Position numbers and translations under genes: made by a program
Assembly (NCBI GenBank): GCA_041660165.1
Contig: JBAZWW010000007.1
Coordinates: 1 to 57,410, forward strand
From: Patescibacteria group bacterium
Lineage (GTDB): Bacteria; Patescibacteriota; Patescibacteriia; UBA9934
Direction: 5' to 3'
Length of the DNA stretch: 57,410 nt
The notes under the pieces: generated by a model
Databases searched by the model: none
Seen by the model: only the letters and a program-made list of their open reading frames with translations
What the model was told of the DNA's origin: nothing
Shown here: piece by piece, positions 44,199-51,760 of the stretch
How the letters are laid out: each line of letters opens with the position of its first letter
How positions within the stretch are numbered: the stretch's first letter is position 1

Positions 44199-44220
44199 AG
44201 TCGGGAGTAGTCTATCACAA

Positions 44221-44244
44221 AAGGACCCCCCGAAGGGAGTCCTT
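44221..44244 (-). terminator. hairpin AAGGACCCC-CCGAA-GGGAGTCCTT + T-run downstream of tRNA-Leu
   Basis: Read directly. Lies only 22 nt upstream of the parA start. Confidence 0.6.
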
Positions 44245-44245
44245 T

Positions 44246-44331
44246 TGGTACCACAGGAGGGACTCGAACCCTCAATCCCGTGAAGGAAACGGATTTTGAG
44301 TCCGTCGCGTATACCATTCCGCCACTGTGGC
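44246..44331 (-). tRNA. tRNA-Leu (anticodon CAA), class II with long variable arm, CCA encoded
   Basis: Anticodon stem ACGGA/TCCGT with loop CTCAAAA. T arm GAGGG-TTCGAGT-CCCTC. Acceptor GCCACAG/CTGTGGT (G1.U72). Confidence 0.88.
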
Positions 44332-44383
44332 CCAATTACCAAGCCGAACGATTCTAACAAAAACTTAACGGGTTCGCAAGGAC

Positions 44384-44415
44384 AAAAAATATTCGTCCAA
44401 GGACGAATATTTTTT
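44384..44415 (-). terminator. 15-bp A/T-flanked hairpin AAAAAATATTCGTCC-AA-GGACGAATATTTTTT abutting the tRNA-fMet 3' end
   Basis: Perfect inverted repeat. Its last T is shared with the encoded CCA. Confidence 0.75.
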
Positions 44416-44491
44416 GGTTGCGGGGGTCGGATTTGAACCGACGACCTCCGGGTTATGAGCCCGACGAGCTGCCTGGCTGCTCTACCCCGCG
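44415..44491 (-). tRNA. initiator tRNA-fMet (anticodon CAT), CCA encoded
   Basis: C1-A72 mismatch, and three G-C pairs closing the anticodon stem (CGGGCTCATAACCCG). Near-identical in pattern to E. coli tRNA-fMet. Confidence 0.93.
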
Positions 44492-44496
44492 GCGAA

Positions 44497-44525
44497 ATAG
44501 TACCTGGAAGTAATGAGAATTGCAA
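44497..44525 (-). promoter_or_regulatory. promoter for tRNA-fMet: -35 TTGCAA (44520..44525), 17-nt spacer, -10 TACTAT (44497..44502)
   Basis: Read on the minus strand. The -10 ends 5 nt before the mature 5' end. Confidence 0.5.
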
Positions 44526-44545
44526 GCCGGAAACTCGATGTTAAG

Positions 44546-44667
44546 AAAAACGCCATAAAATGTGTCCTGGCTAGAAGACGACGAGCACCGGCCGAGCCGT
44601 ACTTACTGGTACGGTGAGGACGGAGCGCAGAAGTCGACAACGCCAGGGCGCATTTTATGGGGTTTTT
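44546..44667. repeat. 122-nt long imperfect hairpin between two tRNA genes (possible relative of the core-hairpin family)
   Basis: 26-nt arms AAAAACGCCATAAAATGTGTCCTGGC / GCCAGGGCGCATTTTATGGGGTTTTT (3 mismatches). Apical CCGTAC-TTACTG-GTACGG. A CCGAGCC/GGTGAGG segment gives tandem G.A mismatches flanked by GC pairs. T-runs on both sides. Confidence 0.75.
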
Positions 44668-44669
44668 CC

Positions 44670-44746
44670 TGGTGGCCGGGGCCAGGATCGAACTGGCGAC
44701 CTAGGGCTTATGAGTCCCTCGCTCTAACCAACTGAGCTACCCGGCC
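44670..44746 (-). tRNA. tRNA with CAT anticodon (elongator Met or lysidine-dependent Ile2; not distinguishable by eye), CCA encoded
   Basis: Acceptor GGCCGGG/CCCGGCC, D arm GCTC..GAGC, anticodon loop CTCATAA, T arm GCCAG-TTCGATC-CTGGC. Confidence 0.85.
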
Positions 44747-44821
44747 ATGGGAATCGCAACCGGCAGTACTATAACAGTAAACTCGCCAAAATGACAAGAA
44801 TATGCTATCATTTGTCCTGAT

Positions 44822-45289
44822 ATGACGCTTACAACCCATGTAGCTATTGGGGCCTTTATCGGCGCTGTGGTTGGCGAACCCGCCCTTGGTTTTGTGCTTG
44901 GCATCGCTTCTCACTTCCTTGTTGATATGATCCCGCACGGGGACACTATCCTCGCGGACCGGTTTCATATTGAGAAACAATTAAAAGTTCCCGTAGCCTA
45001 CGCCGCTACGGACGGCGCCGCCTCCATCCTCCTTCTCATGTTCATCGTGGCTAACCGCACGGATAGCTCAAGCAACATGGCTTTTGCCGCCGCCGTAACC
45101 GGGAGCGTGCTTCCGGACCTTGTCCTTGGGGTAGCTGAACTCATGAGAAAAAATGAAATCATGAAAGCGTACTACCGCTTCCACTTTTTCTTTCACGATT
45201 ACTTTTCCCGAAGATACGGTGATGTGAAGCTCCGCTACGCGCTCGTTGCCCAAACCATCTTCATCCTAATCATTCTCAAGTTCGTCTAG
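44822..45289 (+). CDS. membrane protein, YdjM/DUF457-like metal-dependent hydrolase family (tentative)
   Basis: MTLTTHVAIGAFIGAVVG...GIASHFLVDMIPHGD pattern and four hydrophobic helices. Confidence 0.4.
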   Translation: MTLTTHVAIGAFIGAVVGEPALGFVLGIASHFLVDMIPHGDTILADRFHIEKQLKVPVAYAATDGAASILLLMFIVANRTDSSSNMAFAAAVTGSVLPDLVLGVAELMRKNEIMKAYYRFHFFFHDYFSRRYGDVKLRYALVAQTIFILIILKFV

Positions 45290-45780
45290 ATAACGGACAT
45301 AGTGCTCAGAAGAACAATCAGTTGGCCAAGTAAGGCGCCGGACAAAATTGCTATAGCCGAGGTCTTGAAAGGAATTTTGAAAATAACCGCCGCCGCCGTG
45401 GCTGACCAAACGCCAGTGAGCGGGATGGGCAGGGCAGCGAACACAAACAACACCACTGCGCCATACTGCGCGTAGTGGTGTTTTGTTTTACGTTCAACAT
45501 GCTCAAGAAAAATATCAAGCGGGCGAACAAGTGTTGGCGAAACCTTAGCCAGGAATTTTCGCACAGCTTCAAGTCCGAAGAACAACGGCAGAAAGACGCA
45601 GACGCTTCCGAGCGTTGCGGATAGGTATACGACAATCGGCGAAAGATGAAAACGCGTCAGGCCAAGAATGATGGCTAGCTTGTACTCGGTCACTGGCGCG
45701 AGCGATAATACAAACACCTTCACCGCATCCGGCACGGCACCAAGAAAACGGATGATCGCTTCAGCTATTGCTTGGGCCAT
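45286..45780 (-). CDS. small multi-TM membrane protein (COG2426 / small multidrug export-like, tentative)
   Basis: Four or five hydrophobic helices. APVTEYKLAIILGL-type N-terminal motif. Confidence 0.4.
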   Translation of the reverse strand: MAQAIAEAIIRFLGAVPDAVKVFVLSLAPVTEYKLAIILGLTRFHLSPIVVYLSATLGSVCVFLPLFFGLEAVRKFLAKVSPTLVRPLDIFLEHVERKTKHHYAQYGAVVLFVFAALPIPLTGVWSATAAAVIFKIPFKTSAIAILSGALLGQLIVLLSTMSVI

Positions 45781-46736
45781 ACGAAGGTTTTAAACGTCCA
45801 TACGGCCAGGTTGCGCGCGTCAGTAAAACGGTCATCAATTTGTTTCGCACCGAGTACAACAATCGCCACGCTACTTCCATCATGTTTCACTACGGTTGCC
45901 AAGCAGTAACCAGCCTGGGGAATGTAACCAGTTTTCCCGGCCGTAATTTCATATTCATCCCGATTCATGGCAGAGGTTAGCAACAGATTTGTACTTGGAA
46001 TGACAGCCACAAAACCACTCCCCTGTCTGATGGACAGCGTAGACTTCTGCATCAGTTCCTTAATCGACGGATATGACTGAGCGGCGAGTAGTAGCGTTGA
46101 GAGATCGCGCGCGGTTGAAACGTTCTCTGACGAAATTCCACTCGGATCCACAAAGATGCTCTGCGCCATCCGGAGCTCAACTGCTTTCTCATTCATCTTT
46201 TTGACGAATGCTTCTTCGTCGAGCCCGGAAAATCTTGCCAGTGCATGAGCCGAAGTGTTATCTGACCCCACCATGGCTGACCCGAGTACGTCGTCAAGTT
46301 TTGTCGGATCATCAAAATGTAAATAGGTAATTCCCCCGCCAATATAGTCAGCCTTCTTGATCGTGATCGAGCTGTTCAAATCCGGCTTAGTATCCAAAAA
46401 AACCATGGCGGTCATGAGCTTCGTAATACTGCCCATCGGCCGAACGTCGTCAGGATTCTCTGCGTACAACGTTGCCCCGCTTGCAGTGTCTACAACAATC
46501 GCGCTATCCGCGCTGGTCAGCACGCCAAAACTATTGCTAACGATTTTCTTTGGCGGCAAGACCTCGCGCACAGCATTTTCCGGCAAATGTGCCGTGCCGT
46601 TCGACAAGAAAAAATGCACGGCAGAAAGTCCCGCTGGATCAGCACTCACGCGCGCCTCAAGAAGTGACGCATCAAGAGGCGCTACTTGAAAGAGCGAGAT
46701 CGCAAACAAAAATTGGGCTAGAGCGCGAGCGATCAT
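45765..46736 (-). CDS. D-alanyl-D-alanine carboxypeptidase (S11, PBP5/6-like)
   Basis: SxxK (GSITKLM), SxN (GSDNTS), KTG (GKTGY). N-terminal signal/anchor. Confidence 0.88.
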   Translation of the reverse strand: MIARALAQFLFAISLFQVAPLDASLLEARVSADPAGLSAVHFFLSNGTAHLPENAVREVLPPKKIVSNSFGVLTSADSAIVVDTASGATLYAENPDDVRPMGSITKLMTAMVFLDTKPDLNSSITIKKADYIGGGITYLHFDDPTKLDDVLGSAMVGSDNTSAHALARFSGLDEEAFVKKMNEKAVELRMAQSIFVDPSGISSENVSTARDLSTLLLAAQSYPSIKELMQKSTLSIRQGSGFVAVIPSTNLLLTSAMNRDEYEITAGKTGYIPQAGYCLATVVKHDGSSVAIVVLGAKQIDDRFTDARNLAVWTFKTFVWPKQ

Positions 46737-47296
46737 ATGGATTCCGGCATACCCACCGTTAATGACGCCAGGAGCTTGTCGATTTTGGCGTTTGCGTGGA
46801 GTTCGCCGTACGCCGGAAGTTCGGATGCATCGTGCAGGCCAAGGTAGCGCATCGCCTCCGTGCTCATGACATAGCCCAGCTCGCCCTTAAACTTGTCCTC
46901 GCGCTCAATGATCAAGCCCCGCATCAAAAGATTGCGCAAAATGAGCGTGCAGTTCACTCCTCTGATCGCCTCAATTTCAGGCTTCGTGACGGGTCCTCGA
47001 TAAGCAATAATCGTCAGGGCCTCAAGTGATGGGCGGGTTAACTCCCCCGCCTCATCCTTAACGAGCGCTTGGGCAACATCAGCACACGAAGGATTAGTCG
47101 CTGTCTGCCATTCATCGCCGGTGTGAATAATGTGGATCCCCGAATCTTCTGTATTCATTCTTTCAGCAAGCGTCAAAAGTTCGGCCTCAGCATCGCTTTG
47201 CTTCACGTTCAGCGAAGAAGCGATGGATTTTACCGAAAGCGGTTTGGTTGAAAGGAATAACAGCGCGGAAATTTGGGCCTCAAGGGGAGCTGGCAT
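46733..47296 (-). CDS. scpB: segregation and condensation protein B
   Basis: ISALLFLSTKPLSVKSIAS...LTRPSLEALTIIAYRGPVTKPEIEAIRGV. Confidence 0.9.
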   Translation of the reverse strand: MPAPLEAQISALLFLSTKPLSVKSIASSLNVKQSDAEAELLTLAERMNTEDSGIHIIHTGDEWQTATNPSCADVAQALVKDEAGELTRPSLEALTIIAYRGPVTKPEIEAIRGVNCTLILRNLLMRGLIIEREDKFKGELGYVMSTEAMRYLGLHDASELPAYGELHANAKIDKLLASLTVGMPESI

Positions 47297-47298
47297 AA

Positions 47299-48015
47299 TT
47301 ATACGTTTGATCGAGTAAGCTCAATATCCCCGAAGGCCTCGCTCTGGGACACGGTGATGGTCTGTCTGCGCAATAGTTCGAGTAGCGCCAAAAAGCTTAC
47401 CACAATCTCCATTTTACTCCTGGCCCCACGCACAACATCCGAGAATGCAATCTTGGCACGCGACTCAAGGGCGCTCTTCAGTTCCTCAATCCTCTCCTCA
47501 ATGGACTTCACACGTTCCATGGAGGATTCTTGGAGAGCAAAGAAAGGTTCGAGTCTCTTCAGCACCGTGCGGAAAACTTCCTCGATCATCCCGGATGTCA
47601 GAGCCGGCGGAGGCGCGAACACGGGCTCGGTCGATCGTATCCGAACAAACGGCCTCGGCGCCATTATCGCCTGGCCAAAGCGCTCTTCGAGTTTCTTTGA
47701 GGCCTCGACAAATTCTTTATACAAACGGAGCTGTTCTTCGAGCGTATCAATTCCCTCTTCCGCCTCTTCATCTCTCATCAAGTACGGCATCAATTCCCGG
47801 CTCTTAATGTAAATCAGACGCGAGGCTACCAGCAGAAAATCCGCCAGTTCCTCAATCGGCACTTTCTCAGCCTCCATCCGCTTCACGTATTCATCCGTCA
47901 CTTGGGCGAGCGAAACCTTGGAAATCAAAAGCTCCTTGCTTTCGATCAATTCCAAGAGGAGCCCAAGCGGACCCGTAAACGCCTCCTGCTGTACAGCAAA
48001 TTCCATACCCTGCAT
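47299..48015 (-). CDS. scpA: segregation and condensation protein A
   Basis: FTGPLGLLLELIESKELLISKVSLAQVTDEY. Directly upstream of scpB. Confidence 0.88.
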   Translation of the reverse strand: MQGMEFAVQQEAFTGPLGLLLELIESKELLISKVSLAQVTDEYVKRMEAEKVPIEELADFLLVASRLIYIKSRELMPYLMRDEEAEEGIDTLEEQLRLYKEFVEASKKLEERFGQAIMAPRPFVRIRSTEPVFAPPPALTSGMIEEVFRTVLKRLEPFFALQESSMERVKSIEERIEELKSALESRAKIAFSDVVRGARSKMEIVVSFLALLELLRRQTITVSQSEAFGDIELTRSNV

Positions 48016-48082
48016 TCTACCCGAAAACCCCCCGGATTGACTACCTCGACAGAGCTAATAAATCGGCCTATCGTATTCCCGC

Positions 48083-48877
48083 ATGAGAAAATATCTCACC
48101 ATCATTAAGGCTTCCTGGCAAAGATCGCTAACCTACCGATTTTCCGTCATCACCTATAGAATAGGCGAGGTAGGAGAAATGTTGGGGCTGATTTTGATGT
48201 GGACAGCGGTCTACGGAGGCCAAACGGTCATCAGCGGGCTGACGCTCCCCCAGATGGTTACCTATATTCTGGTCGGCAACTTTTTCAATGCCATCATCAG
48301 AAACTTTCTACCGGGCATCATCGCCAGAGACATCAAAGAAGGCCGGCTCTCCATGTTCCTTGTGAAGCCTATGGGCTATTTTGGCTACACCCTGGCCCAA
48401 GAAATTGGGCGCATATCTCTGGCCACTATGCTCTCCGTTGTTACTGCCTCAATCGTGATTCTTTTCTTCAGAAACGTCTTTTTCTGGAACACTGACCCTG
48501 CCTATCTTTTCGTTATTTCCGCCACGGTCATTCTTGCGTTTATCACGGAATTGCTCCTGGCCTATCTCATCGGCCTCATTGCCTTTTGGACTGATGAAGT
48601 GGACGGCATATACATGTCCATTGACCGCATCAAAAAATTCTTTTCCGGAGGCTATTTCCCACTAAACCTCCTTCCTGTCCCCTTTGTCCAGCTGAGTTTC
48701 GCGCTCCCCTTCGCCTACTCGTTCTTTGTCCCCGCTCAGCTGTACCTCAGGAAGATTGATCTTTCAACGGGATTACGGGGCATCTGTGTCCAGCTCATTT
48801 GGATCATTGTGCTCTATGGGATCATTGCCGTAGTCTGGAAACGCGGTCTCAAGAGATATGAAGGTGTTGGCATGTAG
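48083..48877 (+). CDS. ABC-2-type transporter permease (COG4587/COG3694-like)
   Basis: Six hydrophobic segments. Immediately upstream of the matching ATPase. Confidence 0.65.
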   Translation: MRKYLTIIKASWQRSLTYRFSVITYRIGEVGEMLGLILMWTAVYGGQTVISGLTLPQMVTYILVGNFFNAIIRNFLPGIIARDIKEGRLSMFLVKPMGYFGYTLAQEIGRISLATMLSVVTASIVILFFRNVFFWNTDPAYLFVISATVILAFITELLLAYLIGLIAFWTDEVDGIYMSIDRIKKFFSGGYFPLNLLPVPFVQLSFALPFAYSFFVPAQLYLRKIDLSTGLRGICVQLIWIIVLYGIIAVVWKRGLKRYEGVGM

Positions 48878-48880
48878 CCT

Positions 48881-49858
48881 ATGGCTGATATCGAAGTAAA
48901 AAATCTCTCAAGGACGTACGAATATTACCGGAAGCAACCGGGTCTTTTGGGCTCTATAAAATCATTGTTCTATAGAGAAAAACTCTTCGCACAGGCAGTA
49001 AAAAACATTAGCTTCTCCATTGAACCCGGCGAGCTTGTAGGCTTTCTCGGCCTAAACGGAGCCGGTAAAACCACCACGCTTAAAATGCTCTCAGGGATTC
49101 TTCACCCCACGAACGGAGAAATCCGCGTGCTTGGCCATGTTCCGTCACAAAGAGAAAAAACTCTTCAAAAGCAGTTCGCCATTGTCATGGGACAAAAGAA
49201 TCAGCTGATTACGGATCTTCCCGCCATAGAAACCTTTCTCATCAATAAAGAAGTGTACGGCATATCCGACCGTGTTTTTCAGGAGCATCTGGATGAACTC
49301 GTCCAGCTTTTTGGCATCAAAGATATCCTGGACATCCAAGTAAGAAAGTTATCCCTCGGCCAGCGGATGAAATGCGAACTAGTCGCCGCGCTCTTACACG
49401 AACCAAAGATCCTGCTCCTTGACGAGCCAACCATCGGGCTTGATGTGGTGGCCCAAAAGAACATCAGAGACTTCATCAAAAAATACAATCAGCAAAAAAA
49501 GACCACCATTATTCTCACCTCGCATTACATGGAGGACATTCGGGAACTGTGTGAGCGCGTGATCATTTTGAACTTGGGCGAGATTGTGTATGACGGAAAG
49601 CTTGTTGATCTTATCGAAAAGTACGCCCCGCATAAACTATTAAAAGTTATCTTCGATGGAACCGGCGTTGAACGGACCGCTGTAGAGAAATTCGGCGAAC
49701 TTTTAGAGTTCGCCCCCTTCGCCTGCACTTTCAAAACGCACAGGAACGCGGTCAAACAACTGGCCATTGCCCTCCTCTCATCAAACCTGCCCGTTGATGA
49801 CATTTTGATTGAAGAAGTAGCCATTGATGATGTGGTGCGAAAGATGTTTCACTCCTAG
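48881..49858 (+). CDS. ABC transporter ATP-binding protein (COG4586-like)
   Basis: Walker A GLNGAGKTTTLK, signature LSLGQRM, Walker B ILLLDEPT. Confidence 0.9.
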   Translation: MADIEVKNLSRTYEYYRKQPGLLGSIKSLFYREKLFAQAVKNISFSIEPGELVGFLGLNGAGKTTTLKMLSGILHPTNGEIRVLGHVPSQREKTLQKQFAIVMGQKNQLITDLPAIETFLINKEVYGISDRVFQEHLDELVQLFGIKDILDIQVRKLSLGQRMKCELVAALLHEPKILLLDEPTIGLDVVAQKNIRDFIKKYNQQKKTTIILTSHYMEDIRELCERVIILNLGEIVYDGKLVDLIEKYAPHKLLKVIFDGTGVERTAVEKFGELLEFAPFACTFKTHRNAVKQLAIALLSSNLPVDDILIEEVAIDDVVRKMFHS

Positions 49859-49925
49859 GCGAGATCATTGACCATCATTGGGCATTCTGCTAAAGTCCGG
49901 GGTCTTCGAAACCCCCGGAGTGCCA

Positions 49926-50408
49926 ATGAATACGAACCTTCGAGACGCGATGTATTGTATTATCTCTGCCTTCGGCTTCAGCATTTGGCCGGTGCTGTCC
50001 CGCTATGCAACAACGCATTACGGTAGCGCTAGCTCGGCATGGACAGCACTCATCGTGCTCGGCGGGGCAGCCGTCATGAACATCGCCTTCAACTCGTCGG
50101 GATTCTCAGAGATCCCCGATCGGCGGGTGCTGATGATCCTCGGCGTCGCCTTCGTTCTTGATGCAACAGCCATCGTGCTTTACACGGCGTTGCTCGGAGG
50201 AAAGAGCAGTTTCACCGGCCTCATGACGGCCAATATCATCCTCCAAGTGGTATTCACCGCGCTCAGCGGAACGCTCATCTTGGGCGAGCCCATGACCAAA
50301 CGCAAGCTCATCGGCTACGCCTTCGGGGCAATCGCCTCCTGGCTCCTCCTCGGCGAGCCAGTGAAGGAGACGCCCTTAACGTCTACCGAGCTAGAAACAA
50401 CCCAGTGA
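49926..50408 (+). CDS. small EamA/DMT-like membrane protein
   Basis: Five hydrophobic helices. ATG at 49926 is preferred over the TTG at 49878. Confidence 0.45.
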   Translation: MNTNLRDAMYCIISAFGFSIWPVLSRYATTHYGSASSAWTALIVLGGAAVMNIAFNSSGFSEIPDRRVLMILGVAFVLDATAIVLYTALLGGKSSFTGLMTANIILQVVFTALSGTLILGEPMTKRKLIGYAFGAIASWLLLGEPVKETPLTSTELETTQ

Positions 50409-50456
50409 CACAATTTCGTCACCCATACGCTCGGGCCTCCCCGGGCGTTCGCGTTT

Positions 50457-50894
50457 TTACGCAATGTTCTTCAAGTCGCCATGCAGGCAAATGGGGTCCA
50501 TGGATTCAATCTCGTCAATGTAGGAAGCCTCAACGGGGAGATCATTTAACAAAAAGATTTTTTTGTTATTGACATACGCCTGGCCCATCTCAATCAAGAC
50601 ATTTCCGCCAATGTAATTTTTCACGCCCCGCTTCTCTAAATTAACGATCAAAATTGCATCACTTTCTAGAATGTGTGCATAGTGCACCTTAAGATAATCA
50701 TTCTCCCTTTTTATCGCGGCCCGCTCGCCCCTTGCACCGTTAAACCATCTATCAAGATGCTCTGGTCGTTCGCCCCTGACAAGCGCCTCGTAGTGGGGAT
50801 GAATCCAACCATCAAACCCCAGAGCGCACAGCTTATCTTTGCTCTCCACCATCTCCTTCATGAAATAATTACTGCCAAGGACGTAGATTCTCAT
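50457..50894 (-). CDS. nucleoside 2-deoxyribosyltransferase-like (NDT/Rcl superfamily) protein, copy 2 (146 aa)
   Basis: MRIYVLGS...DAILIVN...GGNVLIEMGQAYVNNKKIFLL (Rossmann-like, with a conserved Glu-x-Gly-x-Ala). Start at 50894, 1 nt after the NUDIX stop. The ORF-track extension to 51059 overlaps NUDIX and is rejected. Confidence 0.55.
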   Translation of the reverse strand: MRIYVLGSNYFMKEMVESKDKLCALGFDGWIHPHYEALVRGERPEHLDRWFNGARGERAAIKRENDYLKVHYAHILESDAILIVNLEKRGVKNYIGGNVLIEMGQAYVNNKKIFLLNDLPVEASYIDEIESMDPICLHGDLKNIA

Positions 50895-50895
50895 A

Positions 50896-51363
50896 TTAGA
50901 TAATTGCCATTTCTTTAAGCCACTCGCGCCATACCGGTTCAAGGCCAGGGGATTGTTCCCACGCATCCTGTGCGATCTCGCCTCGAAGATACTCGTCGGC
51001 TCTTTCAGCGAGCAAACGAAGTTGATCAACGGAATAAAAATCCGCACTTTTCGTCTCATCCTCGCTCCGCGTCACCTCACCCGTGGCTTCAACTTTGTAT
51101 ATCTTCCAGTAGTGCCAGCTCCCGCCTGCTCGACGACAGGGATTCTCTTTCCGGCCCTCGATTACTAGCTCGATAGTCTTCGCATTCAATCCGACTTCTT
51201 CTTCGAGCTCTCGCTTTGCGGTCTCTTCAAAAGGATCGCCTTCTTCAACATGTCCTGCCGGCGGAGCAAAGCCAAGGGTTCCCCGCTTCCTCTCAATTAG
51301 CAATAATTTACCGTTTCTCCAGACGAGCATGCCAACACATTTATTGTCGCATTTCTTAAGCAC
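50896..51363 (-). CDS. NUDIX hydrolase
   Basis: NUDIX box GHVEEGDPFEETAKRELEEEVGL. Confidence 0.88.
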   Translation of the reverse strand: MLKKCDNKCVGMLVWRNGKLLLIERKRGTLGFAPPAGHVEEGDPFEETAKRELEEEVGLNAKTIELVIEGRKENPCRRAGGSWHYWKIYKVEATGEVTRSEDETKSADFYSVDQLRLLAERADEYLRGEIAQDAWEQSPGLEPVWREWLKEMAII

Positions 51364-51364
51364 A

Positions 51365-51754
51365 TTATTTCAATCTCTTCACTAACTCAGCTGGGGTAGA
51401 AATAATTTCCCTGAAGAGCACGTGCCGGCACAGTTCCTGGTCATCCCCGCTTAATGCGTAGATGGGTTTGCCGGAGGCCACGGCGTAGCCAAGTTCTAGC
51501 GTAGTACTGTTGCCCGCATAGCCGTCCTTATTGAAGACAAAAACCACGTCCGCCATCTGGATCTTGTAGAAATGATCATGGGTTAGCCCAAGCGCAATAA
51601 ATCTCTGGTAATCGCCAGATATCTTTTCCCATTCATCCTGCCCAGAATGCAGATACGGCTCATAGACCACAACGCCAAGCTTCTTTAAGCGTTTAGCAAA
51701 GTCTCTAATCCCTGGCTTGAAGCGCCTGCTTCCGCAGAGGACAACGGTTTTCAT
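51365..51754 (-). CDS. nucleoside 2-deoxyribosyltransferase-like (NDT/Rcl superfamily) protein, copy 1 (129 aa)
   Basis: MKTVVLCGS...ADVVFVFNKDGYAGNSTTLELGYAVASGKPIYAL. Confidence 0.55.
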   Translation of the reverse strand: MKTVVLCGSRRFKPGIRDFAKRLKKLGVVVYEPYLHSGQDEWEKISGDYQRFIALGLTHDHFYKIQMADVVFVFNKDGYAGNSTTLELGYAVASGKPIYALSGDDQELCRHVLFREIISTPAELVKRLK

Positions 51755-51760
51755 AAGAGG

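Noticed and set aside
44199-44525. 109-codon upstream extension of the parA ORF
   Set aside because: It reads through tRNA-Leu, a terminator hairpin and tRNA-fMet. The ParA family start with the KGGVGKTT Walker A motif is at 44198.
50895-51059. 55-codon extension of the second NDT-like gene overlapping the NUDIX gene
   Set aside because: It overlaps the 3' end of a well-supported NUDIX CDS in another frame. An ATG 1 nt after the NUDIX stop gives a protein parallel to its paralog.
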